Notes: generated by a model from the letters alone, not told the origin. A stretch of DNA of 64,000 nucleotides from a bacterium (GCA_027310365.1 DAIDAY010000001.1:4142-68141), one strand, 5' to 3'. Numbered from the stretch's first letter, positions 9,991 through 19,487 are shown. Made by a program: numbers and translations.

Positions 9991-10539
9991 ATGGTACAAA
10001 CTGAAGATATAAAACGGGAAGGAGAAGCGGTTCTCCAGAACCTCAAAAAAGCTTTGTCGGGAGTCAGGACATCGCGTCCCCAAACGGCGCTCGTTGAAGA
10101 CATCAGGGTGGAATACTACGGCCAAACGATGCCGATAAAACAACTCGGCACCGTGGGCGTGCGGCCCCCTCGGGAAATTGACATACAAGTATGGGACCAA
10201 AACGCCGTTCCCGTGATAGCAAAAGCCATAGAATCTTCTTCACTGAAGCTCTCGGCGAATATTTCCGGCAACTCGATTAAGATCAACCTTCCGGAATTGA
10301 GCCAGGAACGGCGGGAAGAGCTCGTGAAGTATGTCAAAAAAATAACCGAAGAACACAAGATCGAAATCAGGCACTTGCGGGACGAGATCAACAAGAAAGT
10401 GCAAACCTCTTTTGATGAGGGGGAGGTCAGCGAAGACCAGAAGTTCAAACTGAAGGAGGGCATTCAAAAGGAGATCGACAAGATCAACGGGGAGGTGGAG
10501 AATCTTCTCGGAGCGAAGATTAAGGAAATAGAAGAATAG
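9991..10539 (+). CDS. frr: ribosome recycling factor
   Basis: LSGVRTSRPQTALVEDIRVEYYGQTMPIKQLGTV...VWDQN matches RRF. Confidence 0.9.
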   Translation: MVQTEDIKREGEAVLQNLKKALSGVRTSRPQTALVEDIRVEYYGQTMPIKQLGTVGVRPPREIDIQVWDQNAVPVIAKAIESSSLKLSANISGNSIKINLPELSQERREELVKYVKKITEEHKIEIRHLRDEINKKVQTSFDEGEVSEDQKFKLKEGIQKEIDKINGEVENLLGAKIKEIEE

Positions 10540-10852
10540 GAAGAGCCCCCAATACTCCCTCTCTCGTAGGCTTCCATTCGCTAAAATCACCCTCGCTCAT
10601 CGTCATCCGCAACGGAAAATGCGGAACTTAACCTCGGTTTCATGAATGAAATCATCGGGATTCAAACAGTCCTAGTTTTCCTGCTCCTTCCTCTACCACA
10701 ACAGACTCGCTGTTTCGCAAGATTCGGCGAGTTTTCCTTTATGAAGAGAACCTCTTTCGTGATTCTCTACGCACAGCTGATTTTCAATTTTCTCCAGTAC
10801 GGTGAGTTTGGTTTATTTTTCTAATCTCATGAGAGGGGTTATAATTTATTAG

Positions 10853-11902
10853 ATGGATATTGTGCTGGTGATTTTGGGATTGGCGATTTTGATCCTGAGC
10901 CATGAGTTCGGGCATTTTTCGGTCGCCAAAATGCTCAAGATAAAAGTGGAAGAATTCGGCATCGGGTTCCCGCCCCGGCTTTTCGGCAAGAAAGCGAAAA
11001 GCGAAACGATATACAGTGTAAACGCCTTGCCTTTCGGAGGGTTTGTAAAGCTCTACGGCGAAGGCGAAGAAAAAGCGAGCGATTCCGAGGCATTCCTCAA
11101 CAAGAAATTTTGGCAGAAATCCGTCGTCGTTTTGGCCGGCATCGTAATAAACCTTCTCCTTGGGTGGATCTTCTTGAGCATTGTTTTCACCCTCGGAACT
11201 CCCGAGCATCTTATGATTTCGAGCGTTTCTCCCGGATCGCCGGCAGCTCAAGCAGGGGTGAAGGAAGGGGATATCGTCCAAAAACTTACCATCGACAATG
11301 TGACACTCTCCGATCCAATCGTCGATTCCGATTTCGTTTCGGCCATCAAGAATTCAGCAGATCGATCTCTTCAAGTGACGCTTTTGCGGGGAAACAAGAG
11401 CATCGCCGTGAATTTGGAAAAGCGTTTGAATCCGCCGTCCGGCCAGGGGACGATCGGCGTCGGTCTGACTAATATCGGCGCGGCGCCCAAGTCCATCCCG
11501 AAAAGTCTGAGCGATGCGGCCGTCGCGACGGCTGAGTTTTCCTGGCTTATTCTGGGCGGCTTGTGGTCGCTCATAACGGGGATTTTCGCGAATCCGAACA
11601 TCATCAAAAATGTGGCGGGGCCCGTGGGAATCATCTCCCTGGCTTCGCAGGCGACATCCCTTGGACTGGCTTATCTTCTCCAGCTTCTCGCCTTGATATC
11701 CGTGAATCTCGCCGTCTTAAACCTGATACCGTTTCCGGCGCTTGACGGCGGCCGGTTCCTGGTTTTTTTGATCGAAAAGATCAAGGGCAGAAAAATTTCC
11801 ACCCGCATCCAACTCATCATAAACGGTACCGGTTTCGCTCTCTTGATACTCCTCATGATTTTTGTCACCGTTAATGATGTAAGGAATTTATTTGTCAACT
11901 GA
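10853..11902 (+). CDS. rseP: RIP zinc metalloprotease RseP (site-2 protease)
   Basis: HEFGHF zinc motif, one PDZ domain, and a C-terminal NLIPFPALDGG motif. Confidence 0.85.
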   Translation: MDIVLVILGLAILILSHEFGHFSVAKMLKIKVEEFGIGFPPRLFGKKAKSETIYSVNALPFGGFVKLYGEGEEKASDSEAFLNKKFWQKSVVVLAGIVINLLLGWIFLSIVFTLGTPEHLMISSVSPGSPAAQAGVKEGDIVQKLTIDNVTLSDPIVDSDFVSAIKNSADRSLQVTLLRGNKSIAVNLEKRLNPPSGQGTIGVGLTNIGAAPKSIPKSLSDAAVATAEFSWLILGGLWSLITGIFANPNIIKNVAGPVGIISLASQATSLGLAYLLQLLALISVNLAVLNLIPFPALDGGRFLVFLIEKIKGRKISTRIQLIINGTGFALLILLMIFVTVNDVRNLFVN

Positions 11903-12905
11903 GACGATTATGGCAAAGAAAAAGATAGCGATTTTAGTCGGAGGGCCGTCTCACGAGCATGATGTTTCTTTGAAGACGGGGAAAAACGTTTTCAAACATT
12001 TGCCACGGGAAAAATACGACGCGGTAGAGGTTTTGATCAGCAAGGAAGGCAAGTGGCCGATTTCAATAGAAGAGTTGAAGGATTCCTATGACGCCGCTTT
12101 CATAGCGATGCACGGCGCATACGGTGAAGACGGCACTATCCAAGCGATCCTTGAAGAGCTCGGGATGCCCTATACCGGTTCCAGCGCGAGCGTGAGCGCG
12201 CTCGGCATGAATAAATTCCTCTCGGTTAAAATGTTCAAAGCGGCCGGCCTCGATGTTCCGCCATCATTGTATTTTAGCAAATCCCATTGGATGAAAGATA
12301 AAAACGGCGTTTTGGATGCCATTATGAAGCATCTGGAAAAGCCGTGGATTTTGAAACCGAATGCTTCCGGATCAAGCGTCGGGATAAAAATCGTGGATAC
12401 CAAAACGGAGCTTTTGACGTCTCTTGACTTCCTCTTCCAGGAATTTAAAGATGTCGTCGTCCAGAAATTCATTGCGGGGAAGGAAGTAACCTGCGGTGTT
12501 CTGGATTACGGCGATGCCTCGACCGCGTTCGCACTTTTGCCGACGGAAATCATCCCGGTCAAGAGGAAATTCTTCGATTACACGGCAAAGTACGACGCTG
12601 AATCGCATATCGAAATAACTCCGGCGAAAATTCCCGCACCATTCACAAAAGAAGTGAGACGGATCGCTCTCGTAGTCCACAAGCTCATGGGATGCCGACA
12701 CTTTTCGCGGACGGATATGATCATCGGCAAGGACAAGAAAATTTATGTTTTGGAAGTTAACACGATTCCGGGCCTCACGGAAACGAGCCTGGTTCCCCAG
12801 GAGGCGGAAGCCTACGGCATTCCGTTCTCGAAATTCCTCGATATGATCATAGAATCAACGTTGAAGCAGGAAGGAAGGAAAAAATCTTCCAAAAGGAATC
12901 TCTAG
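11892..12905 (+). CDS. ddl: D-alanine--D-alanine ligase
   Basis: KIAILVGGPSHEHDVSL N-terminus and an ATP-grasp fold. The C-terminus carries LEVNTIPG. Confidence 0.9.
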   Translation: MSTETIMAKKKIAILVGGPSHEHDVSLKTGKNVFKHLPREKYDAVEVLISKEGKWPISIEELKDSYDAAFIAMHGAYGEDGTIQAILEELGMPYTGSSASVSALGMNKFLSVKMFKAAGLDVPPSLYFSKSHWMKDKNGVLDAIMKHLEKPWILKPNASGSSVGIKIVDTKTELLTSLDFLFQEFKDVVVQKFIAGKEVTCGVLDYGDASTAFALLPTEIIPVKRKFFDYTAKYDAESHIEITPAKIPAPFTKEVRRIALVVHKLMGCRHFSRTDMIIGKDKKIYVLEVNTIPGLTETSLVPQEAEAYGIPFSKFLDMIIESTLKQEGRKKSSKRNL

Positions 12906-12945
12906 ATCTTCGCTCTCCACGCACATTGTCCATCCGTAAAAGGCG

Positions 12946-12991
12946 AAAGCAGTTCGATCAATTCGAACCGCTTTTCACGGTCACTTTTTTT
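12946..12991 (+). terminator. weak hairpin plus T-run downstream of ddl
   Basis: A 12 bp stem with one mismatch (AAAGCAGTTCGA / TCGAACCGCTTT). The T7 run begins about 10 nt after the stem, so this is not a canonical terminator. Confidence 0.3.
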
Positions 12992-13207
12992 CACCGCCAC
13001 ACTTCGCGATATACAACACCTTTACCCCCTCCAGATATTTTTTAAATGAATTCCAAAAACGAAAAGGCAAAGAAGGAAAAGAATAAGCGGAGTGGTAACG
13101 ATGTATCTCCTCCACCCCGTTCTTTCAATACCTGAAAACGATAAGAAATCCCTCCCCCTTCGTCGTGTAGACGACGATGTTTGCTTCCGCCGAAACGAAA
13201 GGGGGAT

Positions 13208-13278
13208 GAACGGATGACATTTCGAATCTCGTGTTCCGCTCCGGGAAACTCCCATGCTTGAGGGCGGAGAGCTTCACG
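13208..13278. repeat. intergenic ~70 nt repeat, copy 1 (ddl-proS gap)
   Basis: Near-identical to 16815..16886. The shared core is GAACGGATGRCATYYCGAATCTCGTRTTCCGCTYCCGGGAARCTCCCRTGYTTGAGGGCGGAGAGCTTCACG. Confidence 0.8.
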
Positions 13279-13309
13279 CTCTCTGGCATTTTGCTAAAGG
13301 ATAACTTCT

Positions 13310-14581
13310 TTGCTAATATCAATGGCAATGAAGCAGTCGGAAATTCTCTTTAAAACACAGAAAACGCCCCCGAAAGATGAGGTTGCGGTGAACGCCCAGC
13401 TCCTGATTAAGGCGAATTTCGTGGATAAACTCATGGCGGGCGTTTATTCATATCTGCCTCTGGGTTTCCGTGTGCGGGAGAAGATAGAAAAAATCATCAG
13501 GAAAGAAATGAACGCACTCGGTGCGGCGGAGATTTTAATGCCGTCGCTCCAACCTAAAGCGATTTGGGATGCGACGGGACGGTGGGAAGGATTAAAGAAA
13601 ATCATGTACCAGTTCGAGGACCATGCAGGCCACGACGTGGGTCTTGCGGTCACGCACGAAGAAGTCGTGGCGAACCTCGCTCAGGGGCTTATCGATTCGT
13701 ACGTTGATTTGCCGAAATCCGTCTACCAAATCCAGGCGAAATTCAGGGATGAACCGCGGGCGAAATCGGGTGTCATCCGAGGGCGGGAATTTACGATGAA
13801 AGATATGTATAGCTTCCACACGGACGAGAAATCGCTCGATGAATTCTACGAAGAGAGCAAAAAAGCATATATCAAGGTTTTTGAACGGTGCGAACTGAAG
13901 GCATACGTGACGGAAGCTTCGGGGGGAGATTTCTCCAAAAGCTTTTCCCACGAGTTCATGGTAGAGACGTCCGCCGGCGAGGATGAAACGTATCTCTGCC
14001 GGCTCTGCGGTTTCGCGCGGAATAAGGAAATCGCCGATTTCAAGAAGGGCGAACGGTGCCCCGGATGCGGAGCAGGTGTTTTGGAAAAAGTAAAAACGGT
14101 GGAGGTGGGGAACATTTTCAAGCTCGGAACCAAGTATTCCGAAGGCGCGAATTTGAATTTCAAAGACGAGAAGGGAAATCTGAGGCCGGTTGTGATGGGC
14201 TCTTACGGCATCGGCATTGATCGCCTGATGGGGACGGCGGTGGAGGTGCACCACGATGACAAAGGAATTGTTTGGCCCCCTGAGATAGCGCCGTTCCAGG
14301 TCCATCTTTTGACGATCGGCGCGGCGAACGAGGAGCTTCAAAAATTCGCCGAGAGCGTATATCATAAGCTTTGCGAACAGGGGGTGGAAGTGCTCCATGA
14401 CGACCGGGTAAAGATTTCCGCGGGAGAAAAATTCTACGATGCCGATTTGATCGGCATCCCGTGGCGGGTCGTTGTGAGCGATCGGATGATGGTGCAAGAA
14501 AAAGTGGAAGCGAAAAAAAGGAACGAAAAGAACTCGAAAGACATGAAACCCAGCGAATTCTTAAAAGTGCTGAAAAAATGA
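13310..14581 (+). CDS. proS: prolyl-tRNA synthetase (short form without the INS editing domain; CxxC...CxxC insertion)
   Basis: Class II motifs are present, and the C-terminus is an anticodon-binding domain. CRLCGFARNKEIADFKKGERCPGCG sits where the bacterial editing insertion would be. Confidence 0.9.
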   Translation: MLISMAMKQSEILFKTQKTPPKDEVAVNAQLLIKANFVDKLMAGVYSYLPLGFRVREKIEKIIRKEMNALGAAEILMPSLQPKAIWDATGRWEGLKKIMYQFEDHAGHDVGLAVTHEEVVANLAQGLIDSYVDLPKSVYQIQAKFRDEPRAKSGVIRGREFTMKDMYSFHTDEKSLDEFYEESKKAYIKVFERCELKAYVTEASGGDFSKSFSHEFMVETSAGEDETYLCRLCGFARNKEIADFKKGERCPGCGAGVLEKVKTVEVGNIFKLGTKYSEGANLNFKDEKGNLRPVVMGSYGIGIDRLMGTAVEVHHDDKGIVWPPEIAPFQVHLLTIGAANEELQKFAESVYHKLCEQGVEVLHDDRVKISAGEKFYDADLIGIPWRVVVSDRMMVQEKVEAKKRNEKNSKDMKPSEFLKVLKK

Positions 14582-15606
14582 TGCTGAAAAAAATATTAGG
14601 CGTTGATTTAGGAACGGATACGACGCAAGTGTATTTAAAAGGCGTCGGTATCGTTTTAAACGAACCGTCGATTGTCGCATTCAACAACCGGACGCAGCGG
14701 GTGGTTGCCGTCGGCAGGGAAGCGAAGAAAATGCTTTCCCGGACACCCTCTCACGTGACAGCCTTGCGGCCAATCATGAACGGCGTCATCGCCGATTTCG
14801 ACATGGCGAAGGAAATGGTACAGCGGTTTTTGAAGAACAAGACGCTCCCGTGGTCGTGGCTCACTGAGGTTGTCGTAAGCATTTCGACCAATTTGACGGA
14901 AGTTGAACGGAAGTCCGTGGAAGATCTCTTTAGGGAGGTCGGGGTCGGCAAAGTATACATGATTGAGGAGCCCATTGCGGCGGCTTTGGGAAGCGGTCTC
15001 GACATCGGCGCGCCTACCGCGCATCTCGTTGTTGATATTGGCGCCGGGACGACCGATATGGCCATTATTTCCATAAACGGCCTCGTTGTTTCCAAGCGTC
15101 TCAAGATTGCGGGAGATCATTTCAATCAGGAAATCATTCATGGCGTGAAAGACGAAATGAAGCTCTTTATCGGCGAACCGACGGCTGAGGAAATAAAAAT
15201 AGCCGTTGGCGCGGCGGTGCCCCAGACGGAAAAACTTGATATCAGCGTGAGGGGAAGGGATGCCGTTTCCGGCTTGCCGAAGGAAGTCAATGTGCGGGAT
15301 ACGCAGGTGAGGTATTGGCTCTTGAAATCATTGAAAACCATGACGGAAGCTCTGAAGGAACTGATTGACGTCACGCCCCCGGAACTTGTCGGAGACATCT
15401 ACCGGAACGGTGTGTACCTTTCAGGCGGAGGAAGCATGCTCCGTGGCATGCAGCAATTGTTTGAAAAAGAAATCGGCGTTAATGTCCATGGGGTTGATGA
15501 GCCTTTGATATGCGTCGTGCGAGGCATTGGCCTCATCGCCGAAAATACGAGTTTCTACACGAACATCCTGCACAGTTTCTCTTCTTCCTCAATCATCCGC
15601 TTATGA
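14578..15606 (+). CDS. second MreB/Mbl-like actin homolog
   Basis: ILGVDLGTDTTQVY, IVLNEPSIVAF, DIGAGTTDMAIIS and YLSGGGSMLRG motifs. The start ATG at 14578 overlaps the proS stop (ATGA). Confidence 0.8.
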   Translation: MMLKKILGVDLGTDTTQVYLKGVGIVLNEPSIVAFNNRTQRVVAVGREAKKMLSRTPSHVTALRPIMNGVIADFDMAKEMVQRFLKNKTLPWSWLTEVVVSISTNLTEVERKSVEDLFREVGVGKVYMIEEPIAAALGSGLDIGAPTAHLVVDIGAGTTDMAIISINGLVVSKRLKIAGDHFNQEIIHGVKDEMKLFIGEPTAEEIKIAVGAAVPQTEKLDISVRGRDAVSGLPKEVNVRDTQVRYWLLKSLKTMTEALKELIDVTPPELVGDIYRNGVYLSGGGSMLRGMQQLFEKEIGVNVHGVDEPLICVVRGIGLIAENTSFYTNILHSFSSSSIIRL

Positions 15607-16292
15607 ATCCGTTAAAAGCTTCGGTGATCGGAATGATTATTCTGGCAGCGACTGCGGTTGTCTTCTTTTTCGGCAAGGATATCTTTTCTTTTTTTGAGAA
15701 TTTCCGAGCCGCGCTTCTCTCGGGAGGAGGGGGGGAACTGAGCTACCGTCGTTTATTGGATTTCAGGCTGGCGGCAGAGAGCGCTTCTTCAGAACAGAAG
15801 TCTTCGGCGTCGCCGGTTGCTTCCGGCTTCACGACCGTGGAGGCGGAAGTTTTTTCTGATTATCCGTTCAATAATTTTTCGCGGCTTACGATCGCGGCAG
15901 GAAGCGATAAAGGCTTGAAAGCGGGGATGCCGGTTTTCGAAGGAGGAAACATCCTGCTCGGCAAAATCGTTTCCGTTGGATCGCGTACATCGGAGGTTGA
16001 AACCTTTTTCGATCCGTCGTGGAAAAGTTCCGTTTTCATCGGGGGCGAAAAAATCAAGGGTCTGCTCTCCGGCGGATCTTCCCCCTCCGTTGATTTCATA
16101 CCAAAGGGATCGGATGTTTCTTCCGGCATGCAGATAACGAATTCCGACAGCGCTTATCCCATCGACGCGTTTATCGGATCCGTCAATGCCGTGGAAAACG
16201 CGGGAAATAGCCTGTGGTTGCAAGCGACCGTCAAGATACCATTCGATCTCTCGAACGTCAACGACGTATTTGTCGTGACTAATTTCGACTAA
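15603..16292 (+). CDS. mreC: rod shape-determining protein MreC
   Basis: An N-terminal TM helix is followed by the MreC beta-domain (GMPVFEGGNILLGKIVSVGSRTSEVETFFDPS...). The start overlaps the mreB2 stop (ATGA). Confidence 0.75.
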   Translation: MNPLKASVIGMIILAATAVVFFFGKDIFSFFENFRAALLSGGGGELSYRRLLDFRLAAESASSEQKSSASPVASGFTTVEAEVFSDYPFNNFSRLTIAAGSDKGLKAGMPVFEGGNILLGKIVSVGSRTSEVETFFDPSWKSSVFIGGEKIKGLLSGGSSPSVDFIPKGSDVSSGMQITNSDSAYPIDAFIGSVNAVENAGNSLWLQATVKIPFDLSNVNDVFVVTNFD

Positions 16293-16297
16293 CAGCA

Positions 16298-16750
16298 ATG
16301 CATCGGGCGCTTACGCTCATCCTTCTCCTGGCCGTACTGGTGCTGGTATTTACCTCGCGCCTTCTTGCCTTAGGCGGTGTGAACCCAGATCTGCCGCTTA
16401 TATTTTTTGCATGGCTCTTGAGCGCTCCTTCCCTCCGAAGAATGAGGTTCGGAAGTTTCTCCCTGCTTATCCTTTTGTTTCTGGGTTTTATGGCGCTGGT
16501 TTCCACCTTTTGGCTTCCGGAAGCGGCTCTCCTCGGCGCCCTTGTGCTTGCGGCTTTTTATCCCAGTACACTCCTCTCCGGCCATCGGTTGTTCGACTTT
16601 CTGATTATCCAAGTTGTCGTTTCTTTCGTTTTTTATGTCTTGGGAGTCTTCATTTTTCACGGCGCTTTTCCCTGGGTCGACATTTTGTTCGAAGCGGCAT
16701 ACGGCATCCTTCTATCGCTTGCCGCCTATCTTTTCCTTCATGCCCGGTAG
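16298..16750 (+). CDS. mreD: polytopic membrane protein, probable MreD
   Basis: A 150 aa highly hydrophobic protein sits immediately after mreC and before the PBP2 gene. The call rests on position and hydropathy. Confidence 0.5.
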   Translation: MHRALTLILLLAVLVLVFTSRLLALGGVNPDLPLIFFAWLLSAPSLRRMRFGSFSLLILLFLGFMALVSTFWLPEAALLGALVLAAFYPSTLLSGHRLFDFLIIQVVVSFVFYVLGVFIFHGAFPWVDILFEAAYGILLSLAAYLFLHAR

Positions 16751-16814
16751 AATAAACTTCGGATGCGTTTGTGCCACCCCCGCCTGTTCATCCCCGCCGC
16801 CGTGCGGCAGGAAT

Positions 16815-16886
16815 GAACGGATGGCATCCCGAATCTCGTATTCCGCTTCCGGGAAGCTCCCGTGTTTGAGGGCGGAGAGCTTCACG
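16815..16886. repeat. intergenic ~70 nt repeat, copy 2 (mreD-pbp2 gap)
   Basis: See the copy at 13208..13278. Both copies are in the same orientation in non-coding gaps. Confidence 0.8.
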
Positions 16887-16987
16887 AGATGACTTTGATA
16901 CGCGGATAAAAAGAGTTTTAATAAATTCAATGAAGAAACAAAAGGTCAACTTGAAGCGATTCCTCATCCGAGGTCGTACTCCGGGGC

Positions 16988-18838
16988 ATGAAAGATGATT
17001 TGCACTTGAGCGATGTCTTGACCGATAAGTACGTTGAAGAGGATTTCATGGAAGTCCCTTTGGCCGACCAGGCATTCAGGTATTTTCTTCTCGTTGTCGG
17101 CGTCGTTTTTTTGGTTATTGCGGTGCGTTTATTTTACCTCGGCGTTATTCAACACAATTTTTATTCGAATAAAGCTTTGGCGAACGTGAGCGATTTGAAC
17201 GTCGAAGCGGCTCCGCGAGGGATTATCAATGACCGATTCGGAAGCCCCTTGACGGAAAACGTCCCCTTATTCAATGTCTTTGCGACGCCGATTGATCTTC
17301 CGAAGGATGCCGGCAATCGGGAGAATGTTTTGAAAACAGCGAGCGGGATTTTGGGCATTTCCTCTCCCGGCACGACCGGCACGAACCCCAACGACAAGAT
17401 ACTCCTCAAGAGCGGCATCAGTCAGGAAGAGCTGATCAGCATCGCTTCCCAGAATCTTCCGGGGATTGCCATCCTCCCATCGTTCAAGATGATCGATACG
17501 ACGCCCTTGAAATTTTCCCATGTGATCGGTTATTCCTCGCTTGCAACGGCGGATGACATCAAAGCCGACCCGGCATTGACGCCAAATGACACCAAGGGAC
17601 GGACGGGGCTGGAAAGCTTCTACGACAAGTACTTGAGGGGGATTGACGGAGAAAAAAGATATCTCACGAATGCTGCGGGACAGGTGCTGGGGGAAAACGT
17701 CGTCCGGCGGGCCGAGCAGGGGGATACAATCAATACGTTTCTCGATGCGGAATTCCAAAATTATTTTTACGACAGGCTACAGAATACCTTGAATGGCCTC
17801 GGCAGGAATATCGGCGCCGCGATCGCCATGAATCCCCAGAACGGAGAAATTTTAGCACTCTTCAGCATACCTTCATTCGATCCAGGGAATATCGCCGCGG
17901 CTTTGAATGCCCCGTATGAGCCACTTTTCAACCGGGCGGTTTCCGGCCTCTATAGCCCCGGTTCAACCATCAAGCCGCTCGTCGCGGCGGCGGCGCTTAC
18001 CGAAAGCATTTTGGATCCCAGCCGCCAGATTTTTTCCCCGGGATACATCTATGTCCCGAATCCCTACGATCCGACTCGCCCCTCGAAATTTTTGGATTGG
18101 CAGTATCAGGGATGGGTCGACATGTATTCGGCACTCGCAAAATCGAGCGACGTTTACTTCTACGCGGTCGGGGGCGGCTACGGCAATCAAAAGGGTTTGG
18201 GGATCGCGAAGCTCAAAGAATGGTGGCAAAAATTCCTGCTCGACAAAGAAACTGGCATCGACGTCGCGGGCGAGCAAAGCGGTTTCCTCCCCGATCCTGC
18301 GTGGAAAGAAAGGATAAAGCGTTCCATTTGGCGGATCGGCGACACGTACAATGTTTCCATCGGTCAGGGCGATTTGGTGATAACGCCGATCGAACTTTTG
18401 AATTATATCAGCGCCGTTGCGAACGGCGGCAAGCTCTATAAACCGCGCATTGTCGACCGTATCGTTGATTCCGAAGGCCAAACGGTCTTGAAAACAAGTC
18501 CGGAAGTCTTGAGCGATTTAAGCGGTGAAATAGGAAAGTACCTTCCACTCGTGCAAAAGGGAATGGAGGATGCCGTCTCCCAAAGTTACGGGACGGCCTA
18601 CACGCTCCGCGATTTGCCGGTCCAAGTCGCCGCGAAAACCGGTTCTGCGCAGGTATCGAACAACCAAAAAACGAACGCGTTCTTCGTCGGCTACGCGCCG
18701 GCGAAAAATCCTCAGATCGCCGTCGCTATCCTCGTGGAAAACGCCAAGGAAGGAAGTTTGAACGTCGTGCCGGTGGCGCGGGACATATTTCTATGGTACT
18801 ATGAACATCGTCTCAGAAGTCAAAATAATCAAAAATGA
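16988..18838 (+). CDS. mrdA: penicillin-binding protein 2 (class B transpeptidase)
   Basis: An N-terminal TM helix, then the STIKP (SxxK), SSDVYF (SxN-like) and KTGSAQ (KTG) motifs. Confidence 0.85.
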   Translation: MKDDLHLSDVLTDKYVEEDFMEVPLADQAFRYFLLVVGVVFLVIAVRLFYLGVIQHNFYSNKALANVSDLNVEAAPRGIINDRFGSPLTENVPLFNVFATPIDLPKDAGNRENVLKTASGILGISSPGTTGTNPNDKILLKSGISQEELISIASQNLPGIAILPSFKMIDTTPLKFSHVIGYSSLATADDIKADPALTPNDTKGRTGLESFYDKYLRGIDGEKRYLTNAAGQVLGENVVRRAEQGDTINTFLDAEFQNYFYDRLQNTLNGLGRNIGAAIAMNPQNGEILALFSIPSFDPGNIAAALNAPYEPLFNRAVSGLYSPGSTIKPLVAAAALTESILDPSRQIFSPGYIYVPNPYDPTRPSKFLDWQYQGWVDMYSALAKSSDVYFYAVGGGYGNQKGLGIAKLKEWWQKFLLDKETGIDVAGEQSGFLPDPAWKERIKRSIWRIGDTYNVSIGQGDLVITPIELLNYISAVANGGKLYKPRIVDRIVDSEGQTVLKTSPEVLSDLSGEIGKYLPLVQKGMEDAVSQSYGTAYTLRDLPVQVAAKTGSAQVSNNQKTNAFFVGYAPAKNPQIAVAILVENAKEGSLNVVPVARDIFLWYYEHRLRSQNNQK

Positions 18839-19296
18839 GCGATAATTACTTAACTCAGGAGCGGTACGACGAGTTGAAGGTCGAACTAAACAGCTTGAAA
18901 ACCGCTGGCCGGCAGTCGGTTGGCGAGCGCTTGCGCCACGCCAAAGAACTGGGCGACTTGTCGGAAAACGCCGAGTATCAGGCAGTCAGAGAGGAACAAA
19001 ATCTTTTAGAAAAGAAAATAGCTGATTTAGAAGATTTATTGGAGAATTCGTCGATCATCAACAAGGAAAGCGGCGGGGCGACCGTGAAAATTGGTTCCAA
19101 CGTTACGATCAAAAAAAGCGGCGGCGAAGCCGTGACCTACACGGTCGTGGGATCGAGCGAAACCGATCCGGCGAAGGGCTTGATTTCCAACGCCTCGCCT
19201 CTTGGCAAGCAGCTCCTCGGTAAAAAAATGGGAGACGTGATCGTCATAGAGGCGCCGAAGGGAAAAAACGAGTACGCTATCCTGAAGATAAACTAA
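18835..19296 (+). CDS. greA: transcription elongation factor GreA
   Basis: A coiled-coil N-terminus (ELGDLSENAEYQAVREEQ) is followed by the FKBP-like C-terminus. Confidence 0.9.
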   Translation: MSDNYLTQERYDELKVELNSLKTAGRQSVGERLRHAKELGDLSENAEYQAVREEQNLLEKKIADLEDLLENSSIINKESGGATVKIGSNVTIKKSGGEAVTYTVVGSSETDPAKGLISNASPLGKQLLGKKMGDVIVIEAPKGKNEYAILKIN

Positions 19297-19332
19297 GGGC
19301 TTGGTACGAACGTCAAGCCTTATCCCACCCCT

Positions 19333-19446
19333 ATGATGCCAACAAATTGATGAATGACATCAAACCAGTCGCTATGAACGCCCTCTTTGGATTAAGTGGA
19401 GGCAGTGGTCGTATAAGTGCGGAATGCTCGTTGTTGTAGCTCACTA
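19333..19446 (+). promoter_or_regulatory. conserved ~115 nt 5' leader element upstream of lysS (copy 1)
   Basis: About 75% identical to 20955..21072 upstream of serS. Shared blocks are ATGATGCCAACAAA, CATCAAA, AAGTGGAGG and GTCGTAT. An imperfect hairpin follows at 19426..19470. Confidence 0.6.
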
Positions 19447-19487
19447 TTCTACGCTACAAACGAGCTTGAATATCGAAACAAAACGGC

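Noticed and set aside
10642-10824. 60-aa ORF in the frr-rseP gap
   Set aside because: It is hydrophobic but short with no start context. The 313 nt gap is more likely to be promoter or leader sequence.
13592-14497. 301-aa minus-strand ORF
   Set aside because: It is entirely antisense to the well-supported proS gene. The product is low-complexity and Arg/His-rich, typical of a spurious antisense ORF.
19350-19445. Leader peptides (MNDIKPVAMNALFGLSGGSGRISAECSLL and MSNIKEVTMSTILV) inside the conserved leaders
   Set aside because: Conservation between the two copies is at the nucleotide level with frame-breaking indels, and it continues past the shorter peptide's stop. There is no Lys/Ser codon enrichment either.
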